From positions 1-58,636 of the forward strand of contig VGIF01000002.1 of assembly GCA_016868015.1 (NCBI GenBank): a stretch of 58,636 nt of DNA. Direction: 5' to 3'. The position numbers and the translations under genes were made by a program. This stretch comes from Betaproteobacteria bacterium. GTDB taxonomy: Bacteria; Pseudomonadota; Gammaproteobacteria; Burkholderiales; SG8-41. The notes under the pieces were generated by a model, which was given only the letters and a program-made list of their open reading frames with translations, had not been told where the DNA came from and ran no database searches. This document shows positions 18,440 through 27,197 of the stretch, piece after piece. How positions within the stretch are numbered: position 1 is the first letter of the stretch; the number at the start of each line of letters is the position of its first letter.

Positions 18440-18841
18440 ATGACCACAAGCAACGCCGGCCCAACACCCGGATTTGAGCGCCAGCCGGGCTTTCCATTGT
18501 CGTTTCACCCAACCTCGGAGCGCATACGCGTGGTGTTCGCGGGCACCACCATCGTCGATGCGGCCCACGCCATGATCATGGATGAAGATGGGCATGCGCC
18601 GGTCTACTACTTCGCGCGCGACGAGATTCGCATGGATCTTCTTAACCGCACCACACATTCCAGCCGCTGACCGTACAAGGGGGTCGCCTCCTACTGGTCG
18701 CTCCGTGTGGGCGACGCGAATGCGGACAACGTGGCCTGGAGCTACGAGCAGCCCTTGCAGCCGGTGGCGGGCATCAAGGACTTCATTGCGTTTTACCGCA
18801 ACCGGGTGGAGATCTTGCGCGAGTCAGACCAAGAGCGATAA
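18440..18841 (+). CDS. DUF427-family protein interrupted by one in-frame TGA (18668-18670) at the conserved Cys position (selenocysteine candidate or nonsense pseudogene)
   Basis: The ORF 18440-18670 and the continuing same-frame sequence read ...LLNRTTHSSR-[TGA]-PYKGVASYWSLRVGD...AFYRNRVEI. From memory, DUF427 proteins have C-P-(Y/W)-K-G-x-A-S-Y-(W/Y) at this position. Confidence 0.6.
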
Positions 18842-18853
18842 CGAGAATCCCAC

Positions 18854-19321
18854 ATGGCGGCGATCAAGGCGCTAGGCATCGATCACGTGGTTCTCCGAGT
18901 GACGGATGTGCCGCGCGCGTGCGCCTGGTATGCCGCCGTGCTGGGCTGCAAGATCGAGCGGGTGCTGCCGTCCCTCGGGTTGACCCAACTTCGCGCCGGC
19001 GCAAGCTTGATCGATTTGGTCAACGTAAACGGGGCCGCGGGCAAGGCGGGTGGAGCCGCCGCGGGACGCAAACGCCGCAACATGGATCATTTCTGCGTGC
19101 AAATCGCCGAGTTTTCGGAACCGAAAATTCGCGCGCAATTAAAACGCAAAGGCATCGTGTGTGGCGCCGTGACAAGCCGCTATGGCGCGCAAGGTCACGG
19201 CCCCTCCCTGTATTTGACCGACCCGGACGGCAACACCGTCGAACTCAAAGGCCCACCCGATACCGATCAAACCGAGAAAATACCGGATGCCATCGTGAGA
19301 AAGCGCGCGGCGGCGCGCTAA
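18854..19321 (+). CDS. VOC/glyoxalase-family protein
   Basis: Carries IDHVVLRVTDVPRACAWY, HFCVQI and LYLTDPDGNTVEL. Confidence 0.85.
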   Translation: MAAIKALGIDHVVLRVTDVPRACAWYAAVLGCKIERVLPSLGLTQLRAGASLIDLVNVNGAAGKAGGAAAGRKRRNMDHFCVQIAEFSEPKIRAQLKRKGIVCGAVTSRYGAQGHGPSLYLTDPDGNTVELKGPPDTDQTEKIPDAIVRKRAAAR

Positions 19322-19367
19322 GGGTCGCTCGCGCACCGACAACACACCGACAACACTGGGAGAGCCC

Positions 19368-20180
19368 ATGGTTAAGCCAGGCAGGTTGCAGGGCAAGGTA
19401 GCGCTCATCACCGGCGCGAGCGGCGGCCAAGGCTTGGCCGAGGCGGAACTGTTCGCGGCCGAGGGCGCGGCCGTCATACTCGCCGACGTCATCGACGCGC
19501 CAGGCAAGGCGCTTGCGCGCAAGATCGTCGAACGCGGCGGGCGCGCAGCCTACCTCCATCTCGATGTCACCAAAGCCGCGCACTGGACGCGCGCCGTCAA
19601 ACTCGCGCGGCGTGAATTCGGCGGGCTGCAGGTATTGGTGAACAACGCGGGCATCGTGAGCCGCACGCCGGTGGCCGAAGTGACCGACCGCGAGTGGGCA
19701 CGCGTGATCGCCATCAATCTGACGGGCCCGATGATCGGCACCCGCGCAGTGCTGCCGCTGATGCGTGATTCGGGCGGCGGTTCGATCGTGAACATATCGT
19801 CGACGGCGGCGCTGGTGGGGCATCCCGGTGTTGCCTACGCGGCCAGCAAGTGGGGCCTGCGCGGTGTGACCAAGGCCACCGCGCTGCAGTACCTGCGCTG
19901 GGGCGTGCGGGTGAATTCGGTGCATCCGGCGCAGGTTGTGGAGACTGGCATGGCAGCCAACGCATCGCCGGCCTTTCGCGCGGCCAACCGGCAGGCGATT
20001 CCGATCGCGCGCGCGGCCTGGCCGCTGGAGATCGCGCAATGCGTGCTGTTTCTGGCAAGCGATGAATCGAGCTATGTCACGGGCAGCGAAATCGTCGTCG
20101 ACGGCGGCGCCACGTCGATCGGGTTTCCACACGTGCGCAACGTGCTTGCCGATCAATACCATCGGCGCAAGGGCAAGTAG
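19368..20180 (+). CDS. SDR-family oxidoreductase
   Basis: Carries TGASGGQG, NNAG and YAASKWG. Confidence 0.9.
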   Translation: MVKPGRLQGKVALITGASGGQGLAEAELFAAEGAAVILADVIDAPGKALARKIVERGGRAAYLHLDVTKAAHWTRAVKLARREFGGLQVLVNNAGIVSRTPVAEVTDREWARVIAINLTGPMIGTRAVLPLMRDSGGGSIVNISSTAALVGHPGVAYAASKWGLRGVTKATALQYLRWGVRVNSVHPAQVVETGMAANASPAFRAANRQAIPIARAAWPLEIAQCVLFLASDESSYVTGSEIVVDGGATSIGFPHVRNVLADQYHRRKGK

Positions 20181-20381
20181 CCGTCCGCCTATCGCTCACG
20201 GACACCATCGCACGACCGCTGTTTGACGTTAGGCGCGTACCGATTTTCCGACGTTGTGGATTGCGGTGCCACTACGCGCCGAACGCGAACGCCATGTTCA
20301 TGGATCTCGGCTGCGGGGAAACATCACGCCCATGCCTGCTTTTCCTGAACCTTAAGACTCCTGATGACCCCTTAACACCTT

Positions 20382-20414
20382 AAAAAAATATTCAATTAAA
20401 TCACATGCCTACAT
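20382..20414 (-). repeat. AT-rich element copy I (diverged)
   Basis: The reverse strand reads ATGTAGGCATGTGATTTAATTGAATATTTTTTT, in the 390-nt convergent intergenic region. Confidence 0.6.
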
Positions 20415-20570
20415 AAATACTGCCGAAGCACTCATCTGAAACACCATATCATGCGCGGGGTAAGCATGGGCAGCATCGAGGCGGGTTTATCCTTTGGCCC
20501 ATGCAAGCATCCGGCCGGCGGCGCCATGGCTTGTGCGTGCTTCGCCCTGTCCCGACCCGGCCCGCTTTTC

Positions 20571-21341
20571 TTAGCGATACCCGCCGCCGCCGCTGACGTA
20601 CACCGTATCGGCGGTCATGAACTCGCACGCGTCCGAACACATGAACAACACCAGTTCGCCGATCTCGTCGGCAGTTGCGATGCGCTTCATCGGGATGCTG
20701 TTGAGCGCGCGTTCCGCTTGCGCCTTTGAGGTGCCGGACGCGGCCTGAAAGGCGGTATCAACCGATGCCGGCGAAATCGACAGGCAGCGAATGCCGCGGT
20801 CGGCGAATTCGCGCGCAACGCCCAGGGTCATGGTAACCACGGCGCCCTTGGCGCTGGCGTAGTGAACGGAGGTGCCGGGACCGCCGCGTTTGTGCGCCAT
20901 GCTGGCAATGTTAACGATGGTGCCGCCGCCGTTATCCAGCATGTGGGGCAGCACTTCCTGCATGCCGTAGAAGGTGCCCTTCACATTCAGATCGAAACTC
21001 AAATCCCACAGCGCATCGTCGATTTCCAGAAATGAAGCACGCTTGAGCGCACCGCCCGCCGAGTTGAGCAGGAAGTGGATCCGGCCATAGCGCTCGCGCC
21101 CCGCGCCGATGAATCGGCGCACGGCTTCGCGCTGGGTGACATCGATCGGCACGAAAATGGCATCGCCACCGCGGGCGGCGACCTGCCGCGCGGTTTCTTC
21201 CCCGCCGGGCACGTTGATATCGCCGCACACAACGCGCGCGCCTTCGGCGGCGAAGATCAGCGCCGTGGCACGGCCAATGCCGCTGCCGGCGCCGGTAATG
21301 GCGATAGTCTTGCCCTAGAAGTAGTTTGCAGTCCTGGCCAT
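20571..21341 (-). pseudogene. SDR-family oxidoreductase with in-frame TAG at codon 9 (21315-21317)
   Basis: The minus strand reads AAGGAcatcATG GCC AGG ACT GCA AAC TAC TTC TAG GGC AAG ACT ATC GCC ATT ACC GGC GCC GGC AGC GGC ATT GGC. This translates to MARTANYF*GKTIAITGAGSGIG, followed by an otherwise intact SDR. The longest stop-free ORF (from the GTG at 21230) lacks the Rossmann glycine motif. Confidence 0.75.
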
Positions 21342-21374
21342 GATGTCCTTGACGAGTGTTGTTGCGCGCTGGCG

Positions 21375-22373
21375 TCAGTTAAGTGAAAGACCAATGGCCT
21401 TGACGACCTTGATCCATTTATCCAGATCGGCGCGGATCACCGCGCGAAATTCCTCCGGGGTCGAGCCGACCAATTGCCAGCCCTCGGCTTCGAACCGCTG
21501 GGTCATATCCGGCGCTTTGATGGCCGCGGCCGCGCCCGCGCTGATTCTTTTGACCAAAGCCGGCGGCGCCTTGGACGCGATCACCATGCCATAGTATTGA
21601 TTGAGCTCGTAACAGGGCAAGCCCAGTTCTGCCACCGTGGGCAGTTCGGGCACGGCGCACATGCGCTCGCGCGAGGTGACGGCCACCGGCCGCACACGAG
21701 CGGCGGGCAAATGCGGGCGGGCGCTCGCCAGCGTGACGAAGCCGATTTGCACTTCGCCGGCGATGGTGGCAACCAGCGCCGGTGCGCCGCCCTTGTAGGG
21801 AACGTGGTTCAGTTTCACACCGGCCATCTGGCTCACGACTTCCCACCCCAGGTGCTGCAAGCTGCCGGTACCCGGCGTACCGTAATTTAGCTTGCCGGGG
21901 TGCGCGCGGGCGTACGCCAGCAGTTCCTTGAACGTCGTGAACGGCACCGCGGGGTTGGTGTACACCAGATAGGAAAGTGCAGTAGCCTGACTGACGGCCG
22001 CGACATCCTGAGTCACATCGTACGGCCGCTTCGCCGAGGGCACGGAATTGATGACATGATCCGCCGACATCATCAACAGCGTATAGCCGTCGGGCGCCGC
22101 CTTGATCGCAATGTCAAAGGCAATCACGCCCGATGCGCCAGGGCGGTTGTCGACGATGATTTGCTGCCCCCAGGCCTGCGTGAGCTTTTGCGCGATGGCG
22201 CGGGTGGTGGTATCCAGTGCGCCGCCGGGCGCAACCGGCACGATCAGGCGTATGGGCCGGCTTGGAAATTCGGTGCTTGCCTGCGCCTTAACGGCGAGCG
22301 CGGCCCCGCCAAGAATCAAACCCAACAGTAAGCTTGCGGATCTTGACATTGCTCCTCCCGGCGTTGCCTGCAC
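21375..22373 (-). CDS. Bug/TctC-family periplasmic solute-binding protein
   Basis: Has a signal peptide plus [19 protein letters not shown] and [12 protein letters not shown]. Confidence 0.9.
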   Translation of the reverse strand: MQATPGGAMSRSASLLLGLILGGAALAVKAQASTEFPSRPIRLIVPVAPGGALDTTTRAIAQKLTQAWGQQIIVDNRPGASGVIAFDIAIKAAPDGYTLLMMSADHVINSVPSAKRPYDVTQDVAAVSQATALSYLVYTNPAVPFTTFKELLAYARAHPGKLNYGTPGTGSLQHLGWEVVSQMAGVKLNHVPYKGGAPALVATIAGEVQIGFVTLASARPHLPAARVRPVAVTSRERMCAVPELPTVAELGLPCYELNQYYGMVIASKAPPALVKRISAGAAAAIKAPDMTQRFEAEGWQLVGSTPEEFRAVIRADLDKWIKVVKAIGLSLN

Positions 22374-22401
22374 TGAACAGCCGGGATATTAACATCCGCA
22401 T

Positions 22402-23475
22402 TCACCCCAAATCCGCAATGCGCGGCGCCACCGCCTCGGCGAGCAGCCGCAGGCTCTCGTGATCCCAGGCGGGGTCGTCTGAATCCGCCGTCACGCTGAG
22501 CAAAGTGCCGAAGCCACCGACCGATTCATACAGCGCGCGGATCTTGTCGGCACATTCTTGCGGGTCGCCCACGATCCACAGGTTTTCCATCAGGTAGTCG
22601 ACATCAATTTTCTCGTCAGCCATCGCCGGATCGCGCTTCATGATTTGCATCTGGAAGGTGCCGGCGCGGCTGGGGCGTTGGTGCACCGTGTAGTTGCGCC
22701 CCAGCACGGCGCGCGCGCGTTCACGGGCGATGGCGGGGGTTGGCCCGACAAAAATGTCGCGCGCGATTTTCCAGTCGCGGCGATTCGGCGTGCGCGCGGC
22801 ACTGCGCGCGCCCTCGAGCACGGCCTCCCAATGCCCCGGCAAAAATGCGCTCGACAACAACGAACTCGACATCCACGACCAGCCGCGCTCGCCGGCGACT
22901 TTGAGCGACCCCGATTGCGGGCCGGTGGCCGCAACCGCGACCGGCGGATGCGGCAACTGCAGCGGCTTCATGTGCAAACCACGCTCGGTCACCGGGTTAA
23001 ATGGCGGCGCCTTGACGTTGAAGAATTTGCCCTGGTGCGCATACGCGCTGTCCCCTTGCCACAACCCGAGCACCACCTCGAGCGCCTCGACCGCGCGCTC
23101 GCGCGCCTCGGCCGGGTCAAGCCCCATTAACGCCATGTCGGTGGGAATGCCGCCCAAGCCGATCCCCCAATTAAAACGCCCGCGCGCCAGGTGATCGAGC
23201 ATCGCCAGCCGATGCGCGAGATACACCGGTTCGTGCATGGCAAGCAGGGTCACGCCGGTGCCAAAACGGATCTGTTTGGTCAACGCCAGCGCTTTCGCAA
23301 TCAATAGATCGGGCGAGGGCGCGTTTTCCCATTTCTCGGTGAAATGTTCGCCGAGCCATGCTTCAGCGAAGCCCAACTGGTCGGCCAACACCAGCTGATC
23401 AATATCGCGGTCGTAGCAATCGGCTATCGCGCGATACGATGGATGCAAGGGCATCATGAATAAGCCAAGGCGCAT
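22402..23475 (-). CDS. LLM-class (luciferase-like) flavin-dependent monooxygenase
   Basis: Typical N-terminus MRLGLFMMP...LGFAEAWLGEHF and overall LLM pattern. Confidence 0.85.
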   Translation of the reverse strand: MRLGLFMMPLHPSYRAIADCYDRDIDQLVLADQLGFAEAWLGEHFTEKWENAPSPDLLIAKALALTKQIRFGTGVTLLAMHEPVYLAHRLAMLDHLARGRFNWGIGLGGIPTDMALMGLDPAEARERAVEALEVVLGLWQGDSAYAHQGKFFNVKAPPFNPVTERGLHMKPLQLPHPPVAVAATGPQSGSLKVAGERGWSWMSSSLLSSAFLPGHWEAVLEGARSAARTPNRRDWKIARDIFVGPTPAIARERARAVLGRNYTVHQRPSRAGTFQMQIMKRDPAMADEKIDVDYLMENLWIVGDPQECADKIRALYESVGGFGTLLSVTADSDDPAWDHESLRLLAEAVAPRIADLG

Positions 23476-23623
23476 CGGTGAAAATCCTCAAAAAAAGTTC
23501 CGCGCTCGGCAGCTTCGGCAACGGCAAGCGCTGTTGCGCCGAACATTCGATCTAAAAAAACGCTATCCCCGCGACCGCTGCGCGCCCCCGGCATCCATTA
23601 ACCGCGCCAACCGCGTAAGCCCG

Positions 23624-25102
23624 TTATGCCCACGGCGTTTGCGCCACCGCGTGACGCGCGCAAATGCGCCCAAACGCAAAGGCCTCGCCAATGTTGCCCG
23701 TGCCCTGATACAGATAAGCATAAATCGAGCCCAGTTCCCCGGCGCTGTAGAGCCTTGGAATGGGCAAGCCATCGGGACGCACGATTTGCCCGCGTTCATT
23801 GCGGCGCGGCCCCCCCAGGGTGTTGAGCATGGCGGGCGACAACGGTACGGCGTAGTACGGCCCTTGCGTGATCGGGATGAGCATTTTGTTGCGGCCAAAA
23901 TCCGGGTCATTGCCGGCTTCGCAATTGTGGTTCCAGCGCTTAACGCTGTCTTGCAATGCCTGGGCATCAACGCCGATTAACCCGGCCAACCCGGCAAGGG
24001 TGTCGGCGCACTTGATCCAGCCGCGCGAAAGTTCCGCGCTGTTGTCGGCGCTCCAATCGTAGCGCTCGATGATGCGGCCCCAGCCGCTCACCGGTTTTTT
24101 GTCGTAAAGCGGGCCGACGCCAAAGAGCGCGTGATCAAACACCATGTGCATGGGACAGGGCGTGGGCATCGGGCCCCACACGCCGTTGCGCGGAATTTTG
24201 CCGTGGCGCGTGTGGTATTTCTCATCGGTAAAACGCCTGCCGTCGGGACCGACGACGATCATGCCGCCGTTTTGCACGTGGCTATAGTGCAGCGCCTGCA
24301 TCGAAAAGGGAGCCTTGTATTCGGGCACTTTCAACGCCATCGACGGGCCGGCGTAGTTATTCATGTGCCACAAATCAGCACCCACCGCGAGCGCCATGGT
24401 GATGCCGTCACCTTCGTTATACGGCGAACCCGTGCCGTGACAATAGGGTAGGCCCGGCAGGTAGTTGCGGATCATCTCCTGGTTGTATTCAAAGCCGCCG
24501 CAGGTGAGGATCACCGCTTTGCGCGCCTTCACGTAAAGCGCTTGACCGTTGTGTTCGGCGCGCACGCCGAGAATGTCGCGGGTAATGCCGTTTTGAATCA
24601 GTTCGCGCCCCGGCGTTTGATAAAGGATTTCAATCGGGCGTTTTTTAACCGCGGCCTCATAAAACTTCCAGGTATTAGAGTAGCCCAGAATATCGCCGTC
24701 GTGAAATTTGTGCGCACAGTCGGCGCCCGGCAGTTCGGGAAACTCGATGCCTTCGGGCTGGTGCTGGTGTTCCTGCGGATCGCCGCCGATGGAGAGCGCC
24801 CATTCGTTATTCTTGGCGATTTCTTCCGCCCAAGCGCGTGCCATCGGTTGCGGCACCTGGAACGGGCCGCATAGCGCGTTCAGATAGGTGACGGCTTTAT
24901 CGACATCGTAAACCTGCAAATAGCCCTGGCCGGCGATGCGCGTATTGCCGCCCGCCTCGCCTTCGGGCGCTTTTTCCAACATCAGCACCTTCGCGCCCAA
25001 GCCCTGCGCGGTGATCGCCGCGGCAGCGCCCGCGCCGCCGAAGCCGACAATGACCACATCCGCTTCCTTATGCCATTGCTGGGGTAGCCAGGGTTCTTGC
25101 AT
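23624..25102 (-). CDS. FAD-binding dehydrogenase (3-ketosteroid dehydrogenase / fumarate-reductase flavoprotein-like)
   Basis: Carries VVIVGFGGAGAAAAITA and a C-terminal RLYSAGELG motif. The start was taken at the ATG at 25102. Confidence 0.8.
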   Translation of the reverse strand: MQEPWLPQQWHKEADVVIVGFGGAGAAAAITAQGLGAKVLMLEKAPEGEAGGNTRIAGQGYLQVYDVDKAVTYLNALCGPFQVPQPMARAWAEEIAKNNEWALSIGGDPQEHQHQPEGIEFPELPGADCAHKFHDGDILGYSNTWKFYEAAVKKRPIEILYQTPGRELIQNGITRDILGVRAEHNGQALYVKARKAVILTCGGFEYNQEMIRNYLPGLPYCHGTGSPYNEGDGITMALAVGADLWHMNNYAGPSMALKVPEYKAPFSMQALHYSHVQNGGMIVVGPDGRRFTDEKYHTRHGKIPRNGVWGPMPTPCPMHMVFDHALFGVGPLYDKKPVSGWGRIIERYDWSADNSAELSRGWIKCADTLAGLAGLIGVDAQALQDSVKRWNHNCEAGNDPDFGRNKMLIPITQGPYYAVPLSPAMLNTLGGPRRNERGQIVRPDGLPIPRLYSAGELGSIYAYLYQGTGNIGEAFAFGRICARHAVAQTPWA

Positions 25103-25309
25103 GTTCGATACTCCCCTTAATCGATGCCAGTCAGGCATCGTGCGGTAACGCCACCGGGAGTGTCAAGCCAGCACGATTCGCGGACCGCATCGTAAAACCG
25201 AACGCGTGACGCGACACCGCGTCGAGGATGCCTACACTTTAGCCTCGCGAGGTTGTATGGTTAAGGGCATGTTGTCCAGTTCCGTGCGCCTGCGTGCCAT
25301 CGTAATTGC

Positions 25310-25966
25310 ATGCGGTTTCGTGCCGACCCCAAGCAGCCGCATATGCCCGTGGACTTCAGCGGGATTTTGAGGAACAGGGCGGCGATCGAAGCGGCGCGCG
25401 GCGAACGCACATTTCTCACCGGGGCGGACGCGGACGTGCATGCGATCAACGGTGATACCGGGAATGCACCTGCCGATCCCATTGAGGGATACAAACGGCG
25501 GGTGACTTGTCACCCCGCCATCACCGGCTCGAGTTGCTGGGATGGCGCGCTCGGGCATTTGGTCAATGCGGTGAATTGGGCGGGCAGCGGCCGCGGGCTG
25601 GGCATCGTGTCGCTTGTTGCAGCCGAGGTTCCGGGGTCGAACTAGTGGCTTCATCCGCGTTCGTTTTTGCGCAAGGAACTGGAGGCGCATATCGCCATTT
25701 GGAACAAGGCCGCGCTGCGGGAAAATGACCCGGTGATTGCGCCTGCCGCTCAGACCTTTGCTCTAAACGCCGGTCTCACCTCCAAGGGGTTGGGGGGCTG
25801 GCGTTATTCGTTTCACGCGGGGTTCGCGCACACGTTGCCCGGCTACACGCCCATAGTGAACTCGACGCGGCATGCGGGATTCGCAGTGGCGGTGGCAACG
25901 GCGAAGTTCGCCGGCGCCGCCGCGGCGGGGCCGCCCACGGCAGAGGCCAAAGGCGGCGCGCGATGA
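25310..25966 (+). pseudogene. Candidate unknown-function reading frame interrupted by one in-frame TAG (25643-25645)
   Basis: ORFs 25310-25645 and 25667-25966 are in the same frame. By hand count, third-position GC is about 75-80% and first positions are G-rich, as in real genes here. I recognise no family motif. Confidence 0.3.
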
Positions 25967-26063
25967 TCGTGGATGAACCAACACGCGGCGCGATGAGGCC
26001 GAGCCAGGAACCACTTCGCCAGACTACCGGGCCCGGCGCCTACACCGCACCGACGCAGCGCGG

Positions 26064-27044
26064 TCACGGCTTGGCGAACGCCCCTATCTCCTGAAAAAAA
26101 GCCCGGTAATGCTCGACACGCTGCGCGAGCAATTTGGCGTACTCGGGGCTCGCGAGATAGCGGTCTTCATAAAAGTGCCTTCTCGCGTGTTCCTGCCATG
26201 CACTCGATTTGTGCGCGCGTTCCAGCACTTTTTCCATCATCGCCGCGATTTCTTTCGGCACCCCGACGGTATAGACAAATCCGCGTAGCGTGCCCGCGTC
26301 GAACTTGTAGCCGACCTCGGCCACCGTCGGCAGATCCGGCAGTTGCGACATGCGCCTTAACGAAGTCACGGCTAGCGCGCGCAGTTTTTTGGCTTCGAGC
26401 AGCGGCAAACCCTCGCTCAGATTCTCGGTGGTGAAATGGGTATGGCCGCCCGCCACCGACAACACTGCTTCGCCGCCGCCTTTAAAGGTGACGAATTTGA
26501 ACTTCGCGCCGGGCGCGAACTTCTCCAGCATGTGTATGACCTCGCGGCCCGAGCCCAACGGATTGGTGATCGCGCCAACGATGGTGTCAGGCGCCTTGCG
26601 CGCGGCCTCGACCAGATCGCGTAAGGTTTTGTAGGGTGAATCGACGCCGACCATAATCGCCTGCGGATCGACGGCAAACAACGCTAGCGGCGTGTAATTC
26701 TCAAGCCCGATATTGACGTCGGCGCGCGCCGCCATGATGGCCACCGTGCCGGTCGCGGCCATCATGGTGTAAGGGTCGCCGCGCCTGGTTTGAAAGTAGT
26801 TGTAGGCGATCAAGCTGCCGCCGCCGGTGCGGTTTTGCACCACCATGGGTTGTGGCAAGAGCTTTTCGCGCCGCACGATGTCGGCAAGCATGCGTGCGTA
26901 GATATCGGTGCCGCTGCCGGCCGAGGTCGGTGAAATCAGCTCGATCGGTTTACCGGGAAACGCCTGGCCGAGGGCCGTGCCACCACTTGCCGCGGCGAGC
27001 ACACCACTGAGTAGTACCGCCAGTGCGTTCAAGAATTTCGCCAT
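26064..27044 (-). CDS. Bug/TctC-family periplasmic solute-binding protein
   Basis: Has a signal peptide plus VQNRTGGGS, FKGGGEA and PDLPTVAEVGY. Confidence 0.88.
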   Translation of the reverse strand: MAKFLNALAVLLSGVLAAASGGTALGQAFPGKPIELISPTSAGSGTDIYARMLADIVRREKLLPQPMVVQNRTGGGSLIAYNYFQTRRGDPYTMMAATGTVAIMAARADVNIGLENYTPLALFAVDPQAIMVGVDSPYKTLRDLVEAARKAPDTIVGAITNPLGSGREVIHMLEKFAPGAKFKFVTFKGGGEAVLSVAGGHTHFTTENLSEGLPLLEAKKLRALAVTSLRRMSQLPDLPTVAEVGYKFDAGTLRGFVYTVGVPKEIAAMMEKVLERAHKSSAWQEHARRHFYEDRYLASPEYAKLLAQRVEHYRAFFQEIGAFAKP

Positions 27045-27197
27045 GCTTATTCTCCTTGGTTAAATATCAGACTTGCCGCCCATACCATCTTCGCGCCGCC
27101 GCCGCGACGGCAGCGCCCGCACTGCTTTGCCTGGCGATAATACCGGATGTCATGCGTGAATCGCAACGACCCGTTTCGATTTCTCGACACCGAAATT

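Noticed and set aside
20181-20570. The 390-nt convergent intergenic region, considered as a hidden gene or sRNA locus.
   Set aside because: All frames are stop-rich on the left half, and I saw no promoter-plus-terminator pair. Only the diverged AT-rich element copy could be supported.
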